From Eledone cirrhosa (lineage: Eukaryota): a stretch of DNA of 64,000 nt. The position numbers and the translations under genes were made by a program. Location: assembly GCA_964016885.1 (NCBI GenBank), contig OZ024741.1:202058001-202122000 (forward strand), written 5' to 3'. Positions 36,401-44,534 of this stretch are shown here, piece by piece; position 1 is the first letter of the stretch, and every line of letters starts with the position of its first letter. Under the pieces are notes generated by a model that saw nothing but the letters and a program-made list of their open reading frames with translations, did not search any database and was not told the DNA's origin.

Positions 36401-39400
36401 GGGAGTTGTGTTGGTGGTGGGAGTAGTGTTGGTGGTGAGAGTAGTGTTGGTGGTGGAAGTAGTGTTGGTGGTGGGAGTAGTGTTGGTGGTGAGAGTAGTG
36501 TTGGTGGTGGAAGTAGTGTTGGTGGTGGGAGTAGTGTTGGTGGTGGAAGTAGTGTTGGTGGTGGGAGTAGTGTTGGATGTGGAAGTAGTGTTGGTGGTGA
36601 GAGTAGTGTTGGTGGTGAGAGTAGTGTTGGTGGTGGAAGTAGTGTTGGTGGTGGAAGTAGTGTTGGGAGTAGTGTTGGTGGTGGGAGTAGTGTTGGTGGT
36701 GGGAGTAGTGTTGGTGGTGGGAGTAGTGTTGGTGGTAAGAGTAGTGTTGGTGGTGAGAGTAGTGTTGGTGGTGGGAGTAGTGTTGGTGGTGGGAGTAGTG
36801 TTGGTGGTGGGAGTAGTGTTGTTGGTGGGAGTAGTGTTGGTGGTGGAAGTAGTGTTGGTGGTGGAAGTAGTGTTGGGAGTAGTGTTGGTGGTGAGAGTAG
36901 TGTTGGTGGTGGAAGTAGTGTTGGTGGTGGGAGTAGTGTTGGTGGAGGGAGTAGTGTTGGTGGTGGGAGTAGTGTTGGTGGTGAGAGTATCGTTGGTGGT
37001 GGGAGTAGTGTTGGTGGTGAGAGTAGTGTTAGTGGTGAGAGTAGTGTTGGTGGTGAGAGTAGTGTTGGTGGTGAGAGTAGTGTTGGTGGTTGAAGTAGTG
37101 TTGGTGGTGAGAGTAGTGTTGGTGGTGAGAGTGGTGTTGGTGGTGGGAGTAATGTTGGTGGTGGGAGTAGTGTTGGTGGTGGGAGTAGTGTTGGTGGTGG
37201 GAGTAGTGTTGGTGGTGAGAGTAGTGTTGGTGGTGGGAGTAGTGTTGGTCGTGGAAGTAGTGTTGGTGGTGGGAGTAGTGTTGGTGGTGGGAGTAGTGTT
37301 GGTGGTGGGAGTAGTGTTGGTGGTGAGAGTAGTGTTGGTGGTGGGAGTAGTGTTGGTGGTGGGAGTAGTGTTGGTGGTGAGAGTAGTGTTGGTGGTGGGA
37401 GTAGTGTTGGTGGTGAGAGTAGTGTTGATGGTGGGAGTAGTGTTGGTGGTGAGAGTAGTGTTGGTGGTGAGAGTAGTGTTGGTGGTGAGAGTAGTGTTGG
37501 TGGTGGGAGTAGTGTTGGTGGTGGGAGTAGTGTTGGTGGTGAGAGTAGTGTTGGTGGTGAGAGTGGTGAGAGTAGTGTTGGTGGTGAGAGTAGTGTTGGT
37601 GGTGAGAGTAGTGTTGGTGGTGGGAGTAGTGTTGGTGGTGGGAGTAGTGTTGGTGGAGGGAGTAGTGTTGGTGGTGGGAGTAGTGTTGGTGGTGGGAGTA
37701 GTGTTGGTGGTGAGAGTATCGTTGGTGGTGGGAGTAGTGTTGGTGGTGAGAGTAGTGTTGGTGGTGAGAGTAGTGTTGGTGGTGAGAGTAGTGTTGGTGG
37801 TGAGAGTAGTGTTGGTGGTGAGAGTAGTGTTGGTGGTGAGAGTAGTGTTGGTGGTTGAAGTAGTGTTGGTGGTGAGAGTAGTGTTGGTGGTGAGAGTGGC
37901 GTTGGTGGTGGGAGTAATGTTGGTGGTGGGAGTAGTGTTGGTGGTGAGAGTAGTGTTGGTGGTGAGAGTAGTGTTGGTGGTGGGAGTAGTGTTGGTGGTG
38001 AGAGTAGTGTTGGTCGTGGGAGTAGTGTTGGTGGTGAGAGTAGTGTTGGTGGTGAGAGTAGTGTTGGTGGTGAGAGTAGTGTTGGTGGTGGGAGTAGTGT
38101 TGGTGGTGGAAGTAGTGTTGGTGGTGGGAGTAGTGTTGGTGGTGGGAGTAGTGTTGGTGGTGAGAGTAGTGATGGTGGTGAGAGTAGTGTTGGTGGTGAG
38201 AGTAGTGTTGGTGGTGAGAGTAGTGTTGGTGGTAAGAGTAGTGTTGGTGGTGAGAGTAGTGTTGGTGGTGAGAGTAGTGTTGGTGGTGAGAGTAGTGTTG
38301 GTGGTGAGAGTAGTGTTGGTGGTGAGAGTAGTGTTGGTGGTGAGAGTAGTGTTGGTGGTGGGAGTAGTGTTGGTGGTGAGAGTAGTGTTGGTGGTGAGAG
38401 TAGTGTTGGTGGTGAGAGTAGTGTTGGTGGTGAGAGTAGTGTTGGTGGTAAGAGTAGTGTTGGTGGTAAGAGTAGTGTTGGTGGTGAGAGTAGTGTTGGT
38501 GGTGAGAGTAGTGTTGGTGGTGAGAGTAGTGTTGGTGGTGAGAGTAGTGTTGGTGGTGAGAGTAGTGTTGGTGGTGGGAGTAGTGTTGGTGGTGGGAGTA
38601 GTGTTGGTGGTGAGAGTAGTGTTGGTGGTGAGAGTAGTGTTGGTGGTGAGAGTAGTGTTGGTGGTGAGAGTAGTGTTGGTGGTGGAAGTAGTGTTGGTGG
38701 TGGAAGTAGTGTTGGTGGTGAGAGTAGTGTTGGTGGTGAGAGTAGTGTTGGTGGTGAGAGTAGTGTTTGTGGTGAGAGTAGTGTTGGTGGTGGGAGTAGT
38801 GTTGGTGGTGAGAATAGTGTTGCTGGTGGGAGTAGTGTTGGTGGTGAGAATAGTGTTGCTGGTGGGAATAGTGTTGGTGGTGAGAGTAGTGTTGGTGGTG
38901 AGAGTAGTGTTGGCAGTGGGAGTAGTGTTGGTGGTGGGAGTAGTGTTGGTGGTGAGAGTAGTGTTGGTGGTGGAAGTAGTGTTGGTGGTGGAAGTAGTGT
39001 TGGTGGTGAGAGTAGTGTTGGTGGTGAGAGTAGTGTTTGTGGTGAGAGTAGTGTTGGTGGTGGGAGTAGTGTTGGTGGTGAGAATAGTGTTGCTGGTGGG
39101 AGTAGTGTTGGTGGTGAGAATAGTGTTGCTGGTGGGAATAGTGTTGGTGGTGAGAGTAGTGTTGGTGGTGAGAGTAGTGTTGGCAGTGGGAGTAGTGTTG
39201 GTGGTGGGAGTAGTGTTGGTGGTGAGAGTAGTGTTGGTGGTGGAAGTAGTGTTGGTGGTGGAAGTAGTGTTGGTGGTGGGAGTAGTGTTGGTGGTGGGAG
39301 TAGTGTTGGTGGTGGAAGTACAGTTGGTGGTGGAAGTAGTGTTGGTGGTGAGAGTAGTGTTGGTGGTGAGAGTAGTGTTGGTGGTGAGAGTAGTGTTGGT

Positions 39401-42358
39401 GGTGGAAGTAGTGTTGGTGGTGGAAGTAGTGTTGGGAGTAGTGTTGGTGGTGGGAGTAGTGTTGGTGGTGGGAGTAGTGTTGGTGGTGAGAGTAGTGTTG
39501 GTGGTGGGAGTAGTGTTGGTGGTGGGAGTAGTGTTGGTGGTGAGAGTAGTGTGGGTGGTGAGAGTAGTGTTGGTGGTGGAAGTAGTGTTGGTGGTGGGAG
39601 TAGTGTTGTTGGTGGGAGTAGTGTTGTTGGTGAGAGTAGTGTTGGTGGTGAGAGTAGTGTTGGTGGTGAGAGTAGTGTTGGTGGTGGGAGTAGTGTTGGT
39701 GGTGAGAGTAGTGTTGGTGGTGGGAGTAGTGTTGGTGGTGGGAGTAGTGTTGGTTGTGAGAGTAGTGTTGGTGGTGAGAGTGGTGGGAGTAGTGTTGGTG
39801 GAGGGAGTAGTGTTGGTGGTGAGAGTAGTGTTGGTGGTGGAAGTAGTGTTGGTGGTGGGAGTAGTGTTGGTGGTGAGAGTAGTGTTGGTGGTGGGAGTAG
39901 TGTTGGTGGTGAGAGTATCGTTGGTGGTGGGAGTAGTGTTGGTGGTGAGAGTAGTGTTGGTGGTGAGAGTAGTGTTGGTGGTGAGAGTAGTGTTGGTGGT
40001 TGAAGTAGTGTTGGTGGTGAGAGTAGTGTTGGTGGTGAGAGTAGTGTTGGTGGTGAGAGTGGTGTTGGTGGTGGGAGTAATGTTGGCGGTGGGAGTAGTG
40101 TTGGTGGTGGGAGTAGTGTTGGTCGTGGGAGTAGTGTTGGTGGTGAGAGTAGTGTTGGTGGTGAGAGTAGTGTTGGTGGTGAGAGTAGTGTTGGTGGTGG
40201 GAGTAGTGTTGGTGGTGGAAGTAGTGTTGGTGGTGGGAGTAGTGTTGGTGGTGGGAGTAGTGTTGGTGGTGGGAGTAGTGTTGGTGGTGAGAGTAGTGTT
40301 GGTGGTGAGAGTAGTGTTGGTGGTGAGAGTAGTGTTGGTGGTGAGAGTAGTGTTGGTGGTGGGAGTAGTGTTGGTGGTGGAAGTTGTGTTGGTGGTGAGA
40401 GTAGTGTTGGTGGTGAGAGTAGTGTTGGTGGTGAGAGTAGTGTTGGTGGTGAGAGTAGTGTTGGTGGTGAGAGTAGTGTTGGTGGTGAGAGTAGTGTTGG
40501 TGGTGAGAGTAGTGTTGGTGGTAAGAGTAGTGTTGGTGGTGAGAGTAGTGTTGGTGGTGAGAGTAGTGTTGGTGGTAAGAGTAGTGTTGGTGGTAAGAGT
40601 AGTGTTGGTGGTAAGAGTAGTGTTGGTGGTGAGAGTAGTGTTGGTGGTGAGAGTAGTGTTGGTGGTGAGAGTAGTGTTGGTGGTGAGAGTAGTGTTGGTG
40701 GTGAGAGTAGTGTTGGTGGTCAGAGTAGTGTTGGTGGTGGGAGTAGTGTTGGTGGTGAGAGTAGTGTTGGTGGTGAGAGTAGTGTTGGTGGTGAGAGTAG
40801 TGTTGGTGGTGAGAGTAGTGTTGGTGGTGGAAGTAGTGTTGGTGGTGAGAGTAGTGTTGGTGGTGAGAGTAGTGTTGGTGGTGAGAGTAGTGTTGGTGGT
40901 GAGAGTAGTGTTGGTGGTGAGAGTAGTGTTGGTGGTGGGAGTTGTGTTGGTGGTGGGAGTAGTGTTGGTGGTGAGAGTAGTGTTGGTGATGAGAGTAGTG
41001 TTTGTGGTGAGAGTAGTGTTGGTGGTGGAAGTAGTGTTGGTGGTGGGAGTAGTGTTGGTGGTGAGAGTAGTGTTGGTGGTGAGAGTAGTGTTGGTGGTGA
41101 GAGTAGTGTTGGTGGTGAGAGTAGTGTTGGTGGTGAGAGTATTGTTGGTGGTGAGAGTAGTGTTGGTGGTGAGAGTAGTGTTGGTGGTGAGAGTAGTGTT
41201 GGTGATGAGAGTAGTGTTTGTGGTGAGAGTAGTGTTGGTGGTGGGAGTAGTGTTGGTGGTGAGAATAGTGTTGCTGGTGGGAGTAGTGTTGGTGGTGAGA
41301 GTAGTGTTGGTGATGAGAGTAGTGTTTGTGGTGAGAGTAGTGTTGGTGGTGGGAGTAGTGTTGGTGGTGAGAGTAGTGTTGGTGGTGGGAGTAGTGTTGG
41401 TCGTGAGAGTAGTGTTGGTGGTGGGAGTAGTGTTGGTGGTGAGAGTAGTGTTGGTGGTGGGAGTAGTGTTGGTGGTGAGAGTAGTGTTGGTGGTGAGAGT
41501 AGTGTTGGTCGTGAGAGTAGTGTTGGTGGTGGGAGTAGTGTTGGTGGTGAGAGTAGTGTTGGTGGTGGGAGTAGTGTTGGTGGTGAGAGTAGTGTTGGTG
41601 GTGAGAGTAGTGTTGGTGATGAGAGTAGTGTTTGTGGTGAGAGTAGTGTTGGTGGTGGGAGTAGTGTTGGTGATGAGAGTAGTGTTTGTGGTGAGAGTAG
41701 TGTTGGTGGTGGGAGTAGTGTTGGTGATGAGAGTAGTGTTTGTGGTGAGAGTAGTGTTGGTGGTGAGAATAGTGTTGCTGGTGGGAGTAGTGTTGGTGGT
41801 GAGAGTAGTGTTGGTGGTGGGAGTAGTGTTGGTGGTGGGAGTAGTGTTGCTGGTGGGAGTAGTGTTGGTGGTGAGAGTAGTGTTGGTGGTGGAAGTAGTG
41901 TTGGTGGTGGGAGTAGTGTTGGTGGTGGGAGTAGTGTTGGTGGTGGGAGTAGTGTTGGTGGTGGAAGTACAGTTGGTGGTGGAAGTAGTGTTGGTGGTGA
42001 GAGTAGTGTTGGTGGTGAGAGTAGTGTTGGTGGTGAGAGTAGTGTTGGTGGTGAGAGTAGTGTTGGTGGTGAGAGTAGTGTTGGTGGTGGGAGTAGTGTT
42101 GCTGGTGGGAGTAGTGTTGGTGGTGAGAGTGGTGTTGGGAGTAGTGTTGGTGGTGAGAGTAGTGTTGGTGGTGGGAGTAGTGTTGGTGGTGAGAGTAGTG
42201 TTGGTGGTGGAAGTAGTGTTGGTGGTGGAAGTAGTGTTGGTGGTGAGAGTAGTGTTGGTGGTGAGAGTAGTGTTGGTGGTGGAAGTAGTGTTGGTGGTGA
42301 GAGTAGTGTTGGTGGTGGAAGTAGTGTTGGTGGTGAGAGTAGTGTTGGTGGTGGAAGT
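15401..42358. repeat. 27-kb tandem array of an 18-bp unit (+ strand GTAGTGTTGGTGGTG[AGA/GGA/GAA]), about 1,500 copies, with kb-scale higher-order duplications
   Basis: Directly visible. 26,958 bp / 18 is about 1,500 units. The plus strand is almost C-free. Confidence 0.99.
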
Positions 42359-42409
42359 GCAAGATTTGATTAGGCTACTAATGTGAAATAAAAGAAAAAC
42401 TAATTCCAT
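27520..42409 (-). CDS. Candidate giant mucin-like Thr/Asn-rich coding region (TTNTT[L/P/S])n, possibly extending to ~15401
   Basis: ATG at 42409 gives MELVFLLFHISSLIKSC followed by repeats. About 4,950 codons stay in one register, with only 3n indels and many synonymous variants. Same strand as the host exons. No splice donor was found at the far end. Confidence 0.4.
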
Positions 42410-42549
42410 TTCAAATATGTTTTTAGATGGTTTCTTCAAAAGTTAAAAGTTTACATTTCTTTGGAAAGATAAATTGTATATAAATATTGATAAATATGAT
42501 TATAAAAAGGTTTTTTTAATCTAAATGATGTTTTGATTAAAATACTTAC

Positions 42550-42577
42550 ATGGTGTCGTATATAAATAGTAAGGTGC
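42550..42577 (-). CDS. 28-bp micro-exon of the host gene
   Basis: Very strong acceptor tttttttttatcttttcag|G and donor CAT|gtaagt. Read in phase 0 it gives APYYLYTTP plus T, which joins GT of the 11368 exon as Cys. Confidence 0.6.
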
Positions 42578-42620
42578 CTGAAAAGATAAAAAAAAAAGTA
42601 TTTTTCAATCTTTCATTAAC

Positions 42621-42629
<9 letters not shown>

Positions 42630-42716
<87 letters not shown>
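42630..42716. repeat. (GA)n microsatellite
   Basis: Perfect AG run preceded by a short (TA)n. Confidence 0.99.
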
Positions 42717-42717
<1 letters not shown>

Positions 42718-43057
42718 CACATGGCTTAGTGGTTAGAGCATTGGTCTTGCAATCAAAATGTTGTTGAGTTCAATTCTCAGACGGGGTGATGTGTTGTTTC
42801 CTTGAGCAAGACACTTTATTTCACATTGCTCCAGTTTACTAAGCTGTAGAAATGAGATGATAGGGATTGGGGTCCATATCATTCTACTGCAAAGTGGTCG
42901 TGGAGGTGCCACGGAAAAAAGCACCCAGCAATCACTGTAAATGAGGTTGGTGTTAGGAAGGGCATCCAGCTGTAGAAATCAAGCCAGAATCAGTTCCCAT
43001 CACACCCTTGCAAGCAGGGAAAAAGCGGACGTAAAATGAAATGATGATGATGATGAT
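42716..43057 (+). mobile_element. tRNA-derived SINE with RTE-derived bipartite 3' half
   Basis: A-box tggcttagtgg, B-box gagttcaattc, central ccttgagcaagacact. Then aaaagcacccag..ggtgttaggaagggcatcc (matches the RTE 5' UTR at ~44600-44670) and cttgcaagcagggaaaa.cggacgt.aaatga..(atg)n (matches the RTE 3' end at 47866-47906). Confidence 0.85.
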
Positions 43058-43069
43058 TACATATATATA

Positions 43070-43718
43070 ATACATATTTATTCATTTGTTTCTAAATGGA
43101 TATATCTTGGTATTATCATTTATACTTGTACTATGAATGCTCTGAATAGAAGTTTATTGAGAAATATTATCAATATATATTTTATTTGTATTGATTAAAC
43201 CTAAAATTAGCTTACTTCTACTCCTAGTTTCTCTAAATTAGTTTGAGTTGACTGGAGCTCTTTCTAGCACTCCTTACCTACCCTTCTATAAAACGTTATA
43301 GTTATACCATGTGGAAATTATTTTAAAATGTTCTTCCAAAGGTAGATGACTAATATTTTAATGTAGCCTGAGAGATATATTTAGCAAAGGCCTATACATA
43401 CTGATGAAGAGAATCATAGTCTTAAGATGTTTACCAAAATCGATAATTACTGTGATCGAAGGTAATCATTCCAGTTTTAGATTCTCAGAAACAGATTTGT
43501 CTATGTAAGTACAGCACAATCTTAATACCTAGGACTATGTATTTAAATTTGTATTTAAATCTACATAACATTTGCTCTTCGTTTCTCAATTGGTATATCC
43601 AGGTATATATCATTTACACTTATATTATAGATGCTCTGAATAGAAGTTTATGGAGTGTTCTACTGAGAAACATTATTAATATATATTTTATGTTTCGATT
43701 AAAGCTAAAATTAGCTTA
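43070..43718. repeat. Partial tandem duplication (~150-bp direct repeats, ~500-bp period) of PLE-like remnant sequence
   Basis: 43070-43214 resembles 43562-43718 (identical atgctctgaatagaagttta and ctaaaattagctta). The repeats bracket a hammerhead motif. Confidence 0.65.
43395..43507 (+). ncRNA. Type I hammerhead ribozyme motif
   Basis: Stem I tacata(43395-43400):tatgta(43502-43507). Core CTGATGA(43401-43407). Stem II gagaatc:gattctc. GAAAC(43488-43492). Near-palindromic stem III acagatttgt. Cleavage triplet GTC(43499-43501). Confidence 0.75.
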
Positions 43719-43726
43719 AATAGATA

Positions 43727-43930
43727 TCTATATACTACTAAAACTCTGTGATTGATTGCTTGCTTGCTTGTCTGTAATTAAATACAGCCAAAATGGCGCA
43801 TAATGGGAAAATACTTTGAAAGGAAGTTGACTCTGAAATGGGAATACCAATGGAATAAAACAAGTTTCGCGTAAATCGGAGCATGGGTTCCCAAGATATG
43901 GGGTTTTTCCGGATACCTTCATAAACAGAG
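43727..43930 (+). mobile_element. Possible non-autonomous Helitron-like 5' end
   Basis: Begins TCTATATACTACTAAAACT, similar to TCTATATATATATAAAACT at 54988, followed by short simple repeats. No 3' hairpin was identified. Confidence 0.3.
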
Positions 43931-44044
43931 AGAGAACGATAGAGAGAAAGAGATAGTGGTTGTGAGAGAGTAGATTCAAAGAGAGACATACAGAGAGGGA
44001 GTGGAGACAGAGAAGGAGAATGGAAGAGAGAAAGAGAGCTGGTG

Positions 44045-44045
<1 letters not shown>

Positions 44046-44095
<50 letters not shown>

Positions 44096-44200
44096 AGTGT
44101 GTGTGTAGGTCTATGACAAGTATGTATAGATCACAGACACCCACATATATATATATACACACACACATACATATATATATATATGTATACACACACACAT
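44046..44200. repeat. Compound (TA)n/(TG)n/(CA)n microsatellite
   Basis: Directly visible. Confidence 0.95.
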
Positions 44201-44534
44201 ATTTATATTTTTTTATGTGCGGGGACATAGAAATAATTGGGCTGGATACCCGATCGTGCAGTTAAACCACTGGGAGTGAAGGACCCCTAGCACTTGTCAG
44301 GGCATTCTTCTAGAAGGCATCTCAGGAAACTGGGTTAACTCCGACATAAAACCTGTAGCTCAGTACTTACCGATGATGTTGATCTTTTCTTCTTTTCGGG
44401 TTATAGCTACTGTCGCTCAGAGAGTGGGATTGGCTCAGTTACCAGTCTTTCCTCACTTTAAAAATATTCTTCATGCACAGGCATTGCACGATTGCATTAA
44501 TTAATAATTATTAATAGTGTTATTATTATTGTTA

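Noticed and set aside
15401-42358. CRISPR array or telomeric repeat
   Set aside because: There are no unique spacers or cas genes and the context is eukaryotic. The unit is not TTAGGG-like and is flanked by ordinary genomic sequence on both sides.
15375-42386. Plus-strand ORFs (VVLVVR)n and (GGSSVG)n, and minus-strand (HHQHYS)n and (PPTLL)n ORFs
   Set aside because: These are alternative frames of the same repeat with no credible start or splice context. Recurrent variants create stops in some of them (ggttga, ttagtg).
15155-42439. The 9094-aa ORF taken literally as one protein
   Set aside because: The unit has no stop in any minus-strand frame, so the ORF drifts through TTNTT, PPTLL and HHQHYS registers and ends in antisense RTE sequence. 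Its length is not evidence. Only the TTNTT register is kept as a candidate.
43728-44265. ORFs with YIYI/CVCV runs (also 54736-55246 and 62315-62995)
   Set aside because: Microsatellite translations or antisense shadows of TE ORFs.
44240-44500. GC-richer block upstream of the RTE as a separate RNA gene
   Set aside because: No recognisable RNA motif. More likely the 5' UTR remnant of another LINE, but this cannot be supported from the window alone.
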